Virus record (IMG/VR): IMGVR_UViG_3300033571_022960
Coordinates: 1-64,000 of that record
Source: a virus
Length of the DNA stretch: 64,000 bases
Reading direction: 5' to 3' (one strand)
Under the pieces are notes generated by a model. The model was given only the letters and a program-made list of their open reading frames with translations. It made no database searches and was not told where the DNA came from. Shown here piece after piece: positions 19,787-29,491 of the stretch; position 1 is the first letter of the stretch; each line of letters begins with the position of its first letter. Both the position numbers and the translations under genes were made by a program.

Positions 19787-20036
19787 CAATTTTTTGTTTT
19801 GCATTAATAATTCTATAAGGTTTTCTTGAATTAATCCCTATTAAAACTATATTTTGTTTTAAAACATCAAAATATCTATCAACATTGAAATTTTTGGTAT
19901 TTTCGTAAATGTTGTAAATTTTATATTCTTTAAATGTTCTATTAAGAGTAGTATCAACACCAACATATATGGTGAAAATATTAAAAAAACCTTCTTTTGA
20001 TTTGCAAATATTTTTAAAAGTTTTCTCTAAAGTCAT
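19770..20036 (-). CDS. Hypothetical protein, MTLEKT-leader family
   Basis: MTLEKTFKNICKSKEGFFN. Confidence 0.65.
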   Translation of the reverse strand: MTLEKTFKNICKSKEGFFNIFTIYVGVDTTLNRTFKEYKIYNIYENTKNFNVDRYFDVLKQNIVLIGINSRKPYRIINAKQKIVRQFF

Positions 20037-20534
20037 CTAAACGATTTTTACTTGATTAAAACTCAAATCAACTGGAGTACTTCTACCAAATATTTTAACA
20101 TCAACAACCATTCTTTCTTTATCATTATTTAAAGATTGAATTTTACCTTTAAAAGTTGTAAAGGGTCCATCACAAATTTCAACATCAAGACCAACAACAA
20201 AATCAAATAGTTTTTCATCTGAATCATATTCTTCAATATACATTTTAACTTCATTATCTCGCAAAGGTGTTGGTAATATATTTAATACATTTTTAATTCC
20301 TTTAAGATTTTGTTTAACCTCACCCATCATACCATCACCAATCTTAATTAATAAGTAACCTGGAATGGTAGGTTTTTCTTTTTGAATTCTTTTGTTGTTT
20401 TTATCAACACTAAAATATTTTTCTATGGGAAGAAAAATATCATCCATTTTAATTAATTCTTTATCTTTTCTTAATTTTTCAAAAGTACTTTTTTCTGTAT
20501 TAGAAACTACTTTTAATGTGTACCACTTACTCAT
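20037..20534 (-). CDS. nusG: Transcription elongation factor NusG
   Basis: NGN domain KWYTLKV...PGYLLI; KOW domain VEICDGPFTTFKGKI...VDVKIFGRSTPVDLSFNQV; ATG at 20534. Confidence 0.92.
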   Translation of the reverse strand: MSKWYTLKVVSNTEKSTFEKLRKDKELIKMDDIFLPIEKYFSVDKNNKRIQKEKPTIPGYLLIKIGDGMMGEVKQNLKGIKNVLNILPTPLRDNEVKMYIEEYDSDEKLFDFVVGLDVEICDGPFTTFKGKIQSLNNDKERMVVDVKIFGRSTPVDLSFNQVKIV

Positions 20535-20562
20535 TTTTTTATTTTTATTAAAATATAATAAT

Positions 20563-20829
20563 TTATTCTGTAAAGTAAATTTTACCAATATAACCCAAAA
20601 AAAGATTACCGTATTTTAAACCTTTTTTAAAATATAATTCATTAGTTATATTATTTGAACATATTTGTTCTTTATCATAAATGATAAATTTAGTAAAATA
20701 TTTATAAGATTTATCATTAAAATGTATTCCTTTTCTTAAAACTTCTGAATAAACAGTTTTACCTAAAGGTATATTAAAAAACCTTGTTTTTGAATTTCTA
20801 ATATTATTAATGGTTTTATTTAAGTCCAT
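20563..20829 (-). CDS. Hypothetical protein, MTLEKT-like leader
   Basis: MDLNKTINNIRNSKTRFFN. Confidence 0.6.
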   Translation of the reverse strand: MDLNKTINNIRNSKTRFFNIPLGKTVYSEVLRKGIHFNDKSYKYFTKFIIYDKEQICSNNITNELYFKKGLKYGNLFLGYIGKIYFTE

Positions 20830-20974
20830 TATAAATTACTCTTAATAATATAAAAATTAAACTGAAATAACCAAAAATTAAAAAAATTGGTAAATTTTCA
20901 TATTTTTCGTTAAAAAGATATAAAGATAAAAGGTAACTCACAAAACCTATACCAAAATAAATTAAGTAAAACAT
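20816..20974 (-). CDS. Small two-TM membrane protein (not in the ORF track)
   Basis: 52 aa MFYLIYFGIGFVSYLLSLYLF...IFLIFGYFSLIFILLRVIY; stop overlaps the next start. Confidence 0.5.
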   Translation of the reverse strand: MFYLIYFGIGFVSYLLSLYLFNEKYENLPIFLIFGYFSLIFILLRVIYNGLK

Positions 20975-21054
20975 AAAATAAATCTAAATAAAATTTCTGA
21001 ATTAATCAAATTTCACTTTAAATTTTTTTCTTTTTAATTATATTATTTTACATT

Positions 21055-21771
21055 ATGGTTAGATTTGAACAAGAAAGGCATAAATATTTTCATACAGTTA
21101 CAGGTGAGGAATATAAATCAGTAACAACAATATTGGGTTTATATGAACCCCATTTTGATTCAGAAAATATTGCAAAGGCAGTTGCAAGAAAGGAAGGTAG
21201 AACAAAAGAAGATGTTCTTGCAGAATGGAAACATATAAATCATGTCGCAAATGATAAAGGAACTTATATTCATAATTTAATTGAAAACTATTTAAGAAGT
21301 AATCGTTTATATATACCAAAAACACCAAAAGAAAGATTAGTATTGCAGGGATTTCAAAGAACTGAAAATCTCATAGAATATGGTGAGGAATATTATCCTG
21401 AAATGATTCTTTGGAATGAAGAATTTAAGGTTGCTGGAATGAGTGACTTAATTGTAAAAATTGATGATGAATATTTCGATTGCATAGATTGGAAAACGAA
21501 TCGTAAGTTTAATTTTTATTCTCCATATAAAAATCATCTTATTGAACCACTATCACATTTGCAAGATTGTCAATATACAATTTATTCTTTACAATTATCA
21601 ATCTACGCTTATCTTTATGAAAAGATTTCAGGATTAAAATGCAGAAGATTAATGATAAATTATCTTGAGGATTCAGAAAATTTTATTTTTAAAATAATTC
21701 CAGTTTTTTATCTAAAAAACGATGTAGAAATATTATTAAATCATTATAAAGAAAATTATTTAAACCAATAA
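21055..21771 (+). CDS. PD-(D/E)XK exonuclease (Cas4/RecB-like)
   Basis: YKSVTTIL, GTYIH, AGMSDL, IDWKTN, YSLQLSIY. Confidence 0.85.
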   Translation: MVRFEQERHKYFHTVTGEEYKSVTTILGLYEPHFDSENIAKAVARKEGRTKEDVLAEWKHINHVANDKGTYIHNLIENYLRSNRLYIPKTPKERLVLQGFQRTENLIEYGEEYYPEMILWNEEFKVAGMSDLIVKIDDEYFDCIDWKTNRKFNFYSPYKNHLIEPLSHLQDCQYTIYSLQLSIYAYLYEKISGLKCRRLMINYLEDSENFIFKIIPVFYLKNDVEILLNHYKENYLNQ

Positions 21772-21775
21772 AATT

Positions 21776-22117
21776 ATGACATTAGAAAAAACATTCATTA
21801 ATTTAAAAAAAAGAAGGGGATATGGTTCATTAAATGAATCACCATTCCACAATCAACATTATTTAATTAATATTATTGAAACTTATCGAATGGTTAAAAA
21901 CCAAAAGGTTAATTACGGTCATACAAATACATATAATGGTACTACTGGCTTTGTTTATACACCATACATTCCAACATATATCACAGTCATGACCAACTTA
22001 ACAAGTTCTTCTGATTGGACAATATCATCAAGATATTCTAATCAAGTAAATAATTCTTATTACGGTACTGTTACCATAACATCAACATCATCAAATATCA
22101 CTTCATTAAATGATTAA
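21776..22117 (+). CDS. Hypothetical protein, MTLEKT-leader family
   Basis: MTLEKTFINLKK; contains the FVYTPYIP motif. Confidence 0.6.
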   Translation: MTLEKTFINLKKRRGYGSLNESPFHNQHYLINIIETYRMVKNQKVNYGHTNTYNGTTGFVYTPYIPTYITVMTNLTSSSDWTISSRYSNQVNNSYYGTVTITSTSSNITSLND

Positions 22118-22895
22118 AAAAGTAATTCATTGTGGTGATATTCATATAAGAAATACACCCGAAAGAAATGATGAATATATTTCTGCATTTAATAAATTCT
22201 TTAATTATTGTAAAATCAATAAACCTGATAGAATTGTTATTTGTGGGGATTTGGTTCATAACAAAATAACAATATCACCTGAATCAGTTAGATTATTAAC
22301 CTACTTTTTAAGGGGTTGTGGTGATATTTGCAAAACAATTATTATACCAGGTAATCATGACTTCTTGGTTAATAACCATGATAGGATTGATGCAATAACA
22401 CCAATTGTTGAAGCAATACAACATCAAAATGTTCATTATTATCGTGATATGGGTGAATATGAGGATGAAAATGTTAATTGGATTGTTTATTCTCAATATC
22501 AAGGAAATAAAAGACCTGAATTTAATAAAGAAGAAAATAAAACTTATATTGGATTGTTTCATGGTGTTATCAAGGGAGCAAAAACTGATATTGGTTATGA
22601 TTTTGATAATGGTCATGGAATGGAAGATTTTACAGGACTTGATATGGTAATGTGTGCAGATATTCATAAACATCAAAATGTTGGTGATGAAAACCTACCA
22701 ATAGTTTTTTCTTCTTCAATGATTCAACAAGATTTTGGTGAAACCCCTAATAATCATGGATTTGTTGAATGGGATATTTTAACAAAAGAATATAAATTAA
22801 TCGAAATTGAAAATGAATGGGGATATTATACGTTTCAACCTACGGAGGAAGAATTAAAAGTAATTTTAGAAAAAGAAGAAATTAATCAAGAATGA
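22110..22895 (+). CDS. sbcD: SbcD/Mre11/T4 gp47-like nuclease subunit
   Basis: GDIH, GDLVH, PGNHD, FHG, ADIH metallophosphoesterase motifs. Confidence 0.88.
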   Translation: MIKKVIHCGDIHIRNTPERNDEYISAFNKFFNYCKINKPDRIVICGDLVHNKITISPESVRLLTYFLRGCGDICKTIIIPGNHDFLVNNHDRIDAITPIVEAIQHQNVHYYRDMGEYEDENVNWIVYSQYQGNKRPEFNKEENKTYIGLFHGVIKGAKTDIGYDFDNGHGMEDFTGLDMVMCADIHKHQNVGDENLPIVFSSSMIQQDFGETPNNHGFVEWDILTKEYKLIEIENEWGYYTFQPTEEELKVILEKEEINQE

Positions 22896-23062
22896 AAATA
22901 AAACATAATAAACAAACTGATACCATTTATATCAAATTTAACGGTAATAATGTTAACGAAAGTGAAACCATTAAAGAAGGTTTTATAATTGATTATGATG
23001 AAAATGGTAAAATAGTTGGTATTGAAATAATAAATGTATCTGAAAAAATTGTTATAGAATAA
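22892..23062 (+). CDS. DUF2283-like protein (not in the ORF track)
   Basis: 56 aa MKIKHNKQTDTIYIKF...ESETIKEGFIIDYDENGKIVGIEIINVS; ATGA overlap upstream and TAATG overlap downstream. Confidence 0.8.
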   Translation: MKIKHNKQTDTIYIKFNGNNVNESETIKEGFIIDYDENGKIVGIEIINVSEKIVIE

Positions 23063-23970
23063 TGTTAAATAAAGGAATATTTAAACCAATATTATCTGCA
23101 AAGGATTTTATTGAAGAAAAAATAAAATTTCCAGTTTATTGCACACCAAAATTAGATGGTATAAGAAGTTTTAAATTACCTGATAATGAAAAAATTTTAA
23201 GTCGTTCATTAAAACCTATACCAAACAAATATATCCAAAGTTTATCACACTTATTCCCAAATACAGTTGATGGTGAATTTATTTTAAAAAATGAAAATAA
23301 CATATTACCATTTAATGAAACAACATCATTTGTAATGAGTTTTGATGAACAACCATCAAAAGAAAAACAATTATATTTTGTTATTTTTGATTATGATATA
23401 TTATCAAATAAAAATTATCTTGATAGGATTGAATCATTAAAAGAGTTATTTTATAAAAATAATCTCATAGATTATAATTTTGATATCCTAATTCCAAAGG
23501 AAATAAATAATTTAAAAGAACTTTATTCTTTTGAAGAAAAATGTTTAGAAGAAAATTATGAAGGTGTAATATTGCGAAGTAATGGTAAATATAAATTTGG
23601 TAGGTCAACTGTTAATGATGGTTTAATGATAAAACTTAAACGTTGGTATGATGATGAAGGTATAATTGTTGATATGATAGAAAAATATAACAATACAAGT
23701 TCATTAATTAATGAATTAGGATATAAAGATAAAAATCATAAAAAAGAAAGTCTTACACCTGCAAATACTTTGGGTTCTTTAGTTTTGAAATATAAAGATT
23801 ACACATTTGAAGTTGGTTCTGGTTTTACAGATGAAGAAAGGGATGAATTTTGGTTTAATAAAGACAAATATTTTGGAAAAAAAATTAAATTTAAATATAT
23901 TCCATACGGAATGGTTGAAAAACCAAGAAACCCAATTTATTTGGGAATAAGAAATGAATTAGATTTATAA
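23062..23970 (+). CDS. lig: ATP-dependent DNA ligase
   Basis: KLDG motif I, EGVILR, MIKLK, OB-fold VGSGFTDEER...PRNPIY. Confidence 0.92.
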   Translation: MLNKGIFKPILSAKDFIEEKIKFPVYCTPKLDGIRSFKLPDNEKILSRSLKPIPNKYIQSLSHLFPNTVDGEFILKNENNILPFNETTSFVMSFDEQPSKEKQLYFVIFDYDILSNKNYLDRIESLKELFYKNNLIDYNFDILIPKEINNLKELYSFEEKCLEENYEGVILRSNGKYKFGRSTVNDGLMIKLKRWYDDEGIIVDMIEKYNNTSSLINELGYKDKNHKKESLTPANTLGSLVLKYKDYTFEVGSGFTDEERDEFWFNKDKYFGKKIKFKYIPYGMVEKPRNPIYLGIRNELDL

Positions 23971-23981
23971 AAAAATAGTTT

Positions 23982-26297
23982 ATGATAACAGAAAAAACGA
24001 AAATTAGGGTTATTTGGGAAGATTCACCAGAGAATTACACAAAAGAAGGTGAATCAAAAATAAAAAATTATTATAAGGAACAATATCCAACAAAGAATAT
24101 TCAAGTTGTTTTTAAACCAAAAGGAATAAAACAAAAAGATAAAGAAATTAATTTGGATATTTCTCAATCAATTGTTGATACCAATTATCAAAGACAACTT
24201 TTTAAACAATGGATGGAAGTTAATAAATCTGAAATTGATTATGACTTAATTTTAAGATTAGATGAAAAGGTAAATGCGAAACTACAATCAGAGGTAGAAC
24301 TTCCTGAACAATTTAAAAAATGGAAAATTAAAAAAGTTGAGTTTGATAATTTTTTATCTTATGGTGATGGGAATATTTTGGATTATACAAATTTAAGGGG
24401 TGGTGTTATTGTTTCAGGACAACCTAAAAATCAAACAGGTAAAACCACTTTATTAACTGATTTATTACTTTTCCTTTTCTTTAATCAAACTACTAAAACT
24501 GGTAAAGTATCAGAAATTTTTAACATATATAGACCAGAATGTGATATAGTTAAAGTTGTGGGTGAAATTGAAATTGATGGTCAAGATTATAAAATTGAGA
24601 GAATTCTTGAAAGAAAGAAAAAACGTAATGGTCAGGATTATAATGTAACTCAAAAATTAAATTTTTATAAATTAGGTGAGATTACCGAAAATTTGGAGGG
24701 TGAACACAGAATTCAAACTGAAAAATTAATTAAAGAAACTATTGGTAATGTTAATGATTTCATGTTAACCATTCTTGCAACATCCAATAATCTTGAATCC
24801 ATAATTGATGCAAAACAAACTGAAAAATCAACAACCCTAACAAGATTTTTGGGTTTGGATATAATGCAAATAAAAGAAGAAATTGCAAAAAAATTATATT
24901 CAGAATGGAAATTAACCAATAAATCAAGTAAAACAAATTCAGATACCTTAAAATCAAGAATTGATGAATTAAATGAATTGATTATAAAATCTAAAAATAA
25001 TATTGGTAATTTAATTGTTAATGAAACTGATTTAAAAAATAAAATAGAACTTTTAAATATTGAAAAAGAAGGATTATTAAATAAAAGACTTCCAGTGGAG
25101 GAATTTTTGGTTAAAATGAATTTGGATGAAGTTAAAAGTGATATTAAAAAAGTTGATAAATTATATTCTGATAAAGAACTGCAATTAAAAACAATAACAA
25201 CTGATTTATTGGAAGAAATATTCTTTAATGAAGAAGAATATAATGGAATTCTTAAAGAAGAAAAAGAATATATTAGAAAATCATCTGAATTATTAACTCA
25301 AAGAAACTCTATTATAAAACAAATAAAACAATTAAAAGAAGAAGGTATTTGCTCACTTTGTAAAAGACCTTTTGAACATGACCATACTGATGAAATCAAT
25401 AAATTGGAAAAGGAATATAAATTAATTAATGAACAAATTACTAATGTTTCAGAAACGGAAAATAATATAAAATTTAAAATTTCAGAATTTAATAACCTTA
25501 AATATAAAAGAGATGAAAAACAAAGAAAAGAAATATTAAGGGATAAATTTTCAGTTGAGTTGGAACAATTAAATTTAAAAAAAGATAAATTAAATTCACT
25601 TATTGAACGTTACAATAATAATGAAGAATCAATAAAAGAAAACAAAAAAATCAATCAAGAAGTTTTTGATATAAATTATAGAATTGATAGAATTAATGAT
25701 GAATTAAAAACATTAATAAAAACCATAACAAATGAGGAAAATTTCATAAAAAATTATGAAAAAGAACTTAATGAAATTAATTTAACAATAAAAGAACTTA
25801 AAAAAGAAGAAACCATCACAAAAGTTTTTAATTTATATTTGGTATTGGTTGGAAAGAATGGAATATCAAAAATTGTATTAAAAAACATAATACCGATTAT
25901 AAATACCGAAATTTATCGTTTAATTAATGATACAGTTGATTTTAATATAGAGATTGATATAAATGATAAAGATGAAGTAGAGTTCTTTATGATTGATTCT
26001 AAGGGTAAAAAACCATTATATTCTTGTTCAGGTTATGAAAGGGTGGTAGCATCAATTGCACTACGTGTGGTATTAAGTAAAATTAGTTTTTTACCAAAAC
26101 CTAACATAATTGTATTAGATGAAATAACTGGAAAAGTTGCAAATGAAAATATGGGTAATTTATTTAATATGTTAGAAAAAGTGAAACAAAATTTTGATAT
26201 TGTTTTTATGATTACTCATAATGATATTGCAAAAGAATGGGGCAATTTTATTTTAGAAATAAAAAAAGAAAACGATATTTCTTCTTTGGTTTACTAA
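23982..26297 (+). CDS. sbcC: SbcC/Rad50/T4 gp46-like ATPase with N-terminal extension
   Basis: Walker A NQTGKTT, coiled coil with CSLC hook, SGYER signature, LDE Walker B, ITH. Confidence 0.92.
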   Translation: MITEKTKIRVIWEDSPENYTKEGESKIKNYYKEQYPTKNIQVVFKPKGIKQKDKEINLDISQSIVDTNYQRQLFKQWMEVNKSEIDYDLILRLDEKVNAKLQSEVELPEQFKKWKIKKVEFDNFLSYGDGNILDYTNLRGGVIVSGQPKNQTGKTTLLTDLLLFLFFNQTTKTGKVSEIFNIYRPECDIVKVVGEIEIDGQDYKIERILERKKKRNGQDYNVTQKLNFYKLGEITENLEGEHRIQTEKLIKETIGNVNDFMLTILATSNNLESIIDAKQTEKSTTLTRFLGLDIMQIKEEIAKKLYSEWKLTNKSSKTNSDTLKSRIDELNELIIKSKNNIGNLIVNETDLKNKIELLNIEKEGLLNKRLPVEEFLVKMNLDEVKSDIKKVDKLYSDKELQLKTITTDLLEEIFFNEEEYNGILKEEKEYIRKSSELLTQRNSIIKQIKQLKEEGICSLCKRPFEHDHTDEINKLEKEYKLINEQITNVSETENNIKFKISEFNNLKYKRDEKQRKEILRDKFSVELEQLNLKKDKLNSLIERYNNNEESIKENKKINQEVFDINYRIDRINDELKTLIKTITNEENFIKNYEKELNEINLTIKELKKEETITKVFNLYLVLVGKNGISKIVLKNIIPIINTEIYRLINDTVDFNIEIDINDKDEVEFFMIDSKGKKPLYSCSGYERVVASIALRVVLSKISFLPKPNIIVLDEITGKVANENMGNLFNMLEKVKQNFDIVFMITHNDIAKEWGNFILEIKKENDISSLVY

Positions 26298-26301
26298 TAA
26301 T

Positions 26302-26553
26302 TTGATTTTTAAAGAAAAATTTATTAAATTTCTAAAAAAATCGTTTATGTATAAATTAAGATTACACAAAAAAAGTCAATTTCATACTGGTTTAACTACT
26401 GATTATTCATTTGCAGTACCTTTAAAAAATATTTACCAAACTTTAATTGAAAAAACATTTGAAAAAATTGATGTTTTTAATCAAACTGACTATGGTTGTA
26501 CTAATATAATCTTAACGATAAATAAAAATTATTTATGTCAGAATACACTATAA
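26302..26553 (+). CDS. Hypothetical protein
   Basis: 83 aa, TTG start, start uncertain. Confidence 0.45.
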   Translation: MIFKEKFIKFLKKSFMYKLRLHKKSQFHTGLTTDYSFAVPLKNIYQTLIEKTFEKIDVFNQTDYGCTNIILTINKNYLCQNTL

Positions 26554-26741
26554 TTAAAAAATATTATAATGATGTTAATAGGCGTTTTCCTTGTGAAACT
26601 AAAATTGATTTATATAAAAACTTAATAGAAAAGGATAGTGTTTATTATTTTCGTTTAATAAGGAAAAATGGTAATGTATTGAAAAATATGTCAGTATATA
26701 AAGGTAATTTTGAATTTGTATCAGAATCAATAAAGGATTAA
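26535..26741 (+). CDS. Hypothetical protein
   Basis: 68 aa. Confidence 0.55.
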   Translation: MSEYTIIKKYYNDVNRRFPCETKIDLYKNLIEKDSVYYFRLIRKNGNVLKNMSVYKGNFEFVSESIKD

Positions 26742-27751
26742 AAACCCAAATCTTTTAAAGAAATTTCATCGTATCCTTCATCACCCCTTTCATATTCATT
26801 TATTTCGTTATTAATTTTGTTGGCAATTTTTTGAAGTTTCTTCTTACCATTAATATTGTCATTTACTAAATCATTCATAAATTGATTAAATTCATTTGCT
26901 GGCATTTGAACAATTTCATGATATAATAATGGCATAATATCATAATCATTTGCATCAATTGAATCCAAGAATTTTTTCCATATTGCAGGACCCACTCTTA
27001 AATCCCAAAATTCTGATTCAAAAAAATCTGATTTAGAAACAACATATTCTCTATCTTCTTTATCTTTAGGTAAACCATGTTGACTCATTAATTCCATAAC
27101 ACCTTTAGTCATTTCGTGTAATAATACAGGTAAATTAATACCTTCTGCAATAATAACAGGTATATTACCTTTATATTTAATTTTCATAAAACCAATATGA
27201 CCAACACCTTTAACCCCTTTTAAGGTTAAATCATCATTATCCCAATAAAACATTGATGATTGACCAAGAAAATTTTTATATAAATTAGGTAAGTAAGAAT
27301 CCAAAGATTTAACTTTATCTAAATCTTTAAAAAACATTTTTTCACCAAATCTTGCACTACCTTGTGTCATAGAATTTAATATTCTTCTTTTATTTATTTC
27401 ATCAGTTAAATCTTTATTTTGTGGATGTTTTATTTTACTTACTTCTTCTTCACTTTTAAATCCACTTTTTTGGATTTGATTAGGTGGTAATATCCTTACT
27501 TGAAATTGAATATCATCACCTATCTTAAATTCATCTTTAATTAAATTTATTGCAAGACGTTCTAAATCTTTTTCATTACCTCTTTCATGTTTTGAAATAT
27601 CATTTAATAAACCCATCATATATTGTGGGTCATAATAACCAGAATCAATACTATTGTATTCATCAACAACTAAATCAGTTAATTTATTACCTAATATCTT
27701 TGCATGTTGATAATTGTTATTTTCTAAGGATTCTATATTTTTTGGGTTCAT
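26738..27751 (-). CDS. Hypothetical protein with LLHEMTKGVME motif
   Basis: 337 aa, co-oriented with 27767. Confidence 0.75.
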   Translation of the reverse strand: MNPKNIESLENNNYQHAKILGNKLTDLVVDEYNSIDSGYYDPQYMMGLLNDISKHERGNEKDLERLAINLIKDEFKIGDDIQFQVRILPPNQIQKSGFKSEEEVSKIKHPQNKDLTDEINKRRILNSMTQGSARFGEKMFFKDLDKVKSLDSYLPNLYKNFLGQSSMFYWDNDDLTLKGVKGVGHIGFMKIKYKGNIPVIIAEGINLPVLLHEMTKGVMELMSQHGLPKDKEDREYVVSKSDFFESEFWDLRVGPAIWKKFLDSIDANDYDIMPLLYHEIVQMPANEFNQFMNDLVNDNINGKKKLQKIANKINNEINEYERGDEGYDEISLKDLGF

Positions 27752-27766
27752 AATTTAATTTATTTT

Positions 27767-28996
27767 TTAGTCAGGAAAATTAAAAAATATAAGATAAACA
27801 TCATCTTCTCTAAAATTATTAGAAATCAATGCACCATCCATATCATCCCAATTTTCTCTGTCTAATCTATCATATTTAGTAATAACTAAAGGTCTTTTTT
27901 CACCATGTTTTGTTGTTATTATTGTTGTTCCATCATCAGAAATACCTGTTTTACCTTTTAACATAAAAGGAATAGGATAACTCATATACATTGAACCTTT
28001 ATCATAACCTTCATTTTCTAAATATTTTTCTGCCTTAGTTATTGCAGAAAAATCATCACCCTTAGTAAATTTTTTTGCATAAGTTATTACCTTATCCGAT
28101 ATTTTATTAATACCTTTGACATTAGGGAAAACATCACCAATTTTTTTACCTATAATAGAATTATCAGTTTCTTGTTCAGTTAAATTCTTTTTTTCACCAA
28201 CAATTTTATCAAAATTTTTACCTAAATTATGTACTTTACCATCTTTATAACAAGTATAATTTCCATCATTTCTTACTTTATAAATAAAATCACCTTTTTT
28301 ATAATATTTACAATCAGGATTGTATTTTATACCTTGTTTTTCCAATTCAGATTTAGATAATTTAATTTTATTTTCTATCAATGCCTTTGCAGGTGTTGGT
28401 TCTGAATCTGGTTCAATATGTTCAGGTTTTGTGAAAGGTCTTTTTCTTGGGTCTTGTCTTTTTGGAGAATCAGTATCAGGTTTAATTTGTGGTTTAACAT
28501 CAGGTTTCACTTCAGGTTCTGCAATTTCTGGTTGTTCATTTAAAGTGATTTTATTATCGTTAATAAAGTTATCCATTTCTTTTTTAACAATATCACCATT
28601 AGAATCCAATTTATTAAGTAAATCCAAACCTTGTTTTTTAACCCTAATATTATCAGTTTTTTTAACAATATTTGTTATTTCATCTTTATATTCATTAATA
28701 GATTTATCTTTATCCAAAGGTAATTTAGACCACATCAAATCAATATCTTCATTTAAATTAACACCTTTAACTGTTTTAGGTTCTTTATCAAAATATTTTT
28801 CACACCATATTTTCACCCCATTTTCATCTATTTCATTTCTAAAGGTTTTTCTAACAATTCTACCATCATAGTCTATATCCCAAGTTTTATATTTTTCACT
28901 TATTGTTTCAAGTAATTTTGGGTTTACACTATTTTTTTTGATTGTATGTTCAATCAATTCAATTAATTTAGATTCACTTAATTGATATTTTTTCAT
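27767..28996 (-). CDS. Putative head-packaged protein with several xxE sites
   Basis: MKKYQLSESKLIELIE leader; NLNE, TLNE, ALIE, NLTE; Pro-rich linker. Confidence 0.7.
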   Translation of the reverse strand: MKKYQLSESKLIELIEHTIKKNSVNPKLLETISEKYKTWDIDYDGRIVRKTFRNEIDENGVKIWCEKYFDKEPKTVKGVNLNEDIDLMWSKLPLDKDKSINEYKDEITNIVKKTDNIRVKKQGLDLLNKLDSNGDIVKKEMDNFINDNKITLNEQPEIAEPEVKPDVKPQIKPDTDSPKRQDPRKRPFTKPEHIEPDSEPTPAKALIENKIKLSKSELEKQGIKYNPDCKYYKKGDFIYKVRNDGNYTCYKDGKVHNLGKNFDKIVGEKKNLTEQETDNSIIGKKIGDVFPNVKGINKISDKVITYAKKFTKGDDFSAITKAEKYLENEGYDKGSMYMSYPIPFMLKGKTGISDDGTTIITTKHGEKRPLVITKYDRLDRENWDDMDGALISNNFREDDVYLIFFNFPD

Positions 28997-29004
28997 CTGT
29001 ATTT

Positions 29005-29023
29005 ATATTTATATAATAAATAT
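29005..29023. promoter_or_regulatory. Divergent ATATTTAT motifs
   Basis: Plus copy 29005-29012, minus copy 29016-29023. Confidence 0.55.
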
Positions 29024-29031
29024 CATAAAAT

Positions 29032-29415
29032 ATGAAAAAAATTAATTTAGATAAGAGTTCTATGGTTGCACTTATGCAAGAAGTTTACTTTGAATCAATT
29101 GAACAAAGAAAATTGGCAATTAATAAAATTAAAGACCAAGAAATAAAATCTCCAGAAGATGTTGCAATGGTTGGTAAATTTGTTTCAGATATGATGAAAC
29201 ATGTATCAGATTCTATTGATAAAAAAATTCAGTTATTAAAAATTCAGGCAACTTATATTGATGGTGAAAATAAGAATACCAGTTTTATAAATCCAGAAGA
29301 TGTTAAAATAACTGATGACCAAAAGAAATCAATTCTTGATGCAATAAGAAATCAAAAATTATTGGGTGAAATCAAAAAGGATGAAAATATACAAAAATAT
29401 GATATTGATATTTAA
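29032..29415 (+). CDS. Hypothetical helical protein
   Basis: 127 aa. Confidence 0.7.
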   Translation: MKKINLDKSSMVALMQEVYFESIEQRKLAINKIKDQEIKSPEDVAMVGKFVSDMMKHVSDSIDKKIQLLKIQATYIDGENKNTSFINPEDVKITDDQKKSILDAIRNQKLLGEIKKDENIQKYDIDI

Positions 29416-29437
29416 AAAATAATTTATTTTAATGAAC

Positions 29438-29471
29438 AAAAAAGGTGGTTAAAATAATAACCACCTTTTTT
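29438..29471. terminator. Bidirectional intrinsic terminator
   Basis: AAAAAAGGTGGTTA-6 nt-TAACCACCTTTTTT, a perfect 14 bp inverted repeat between convergent genes. Confidence 0.85.
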
Positions 29472-29491
29472 TATTTTAATTATAATTGTTA

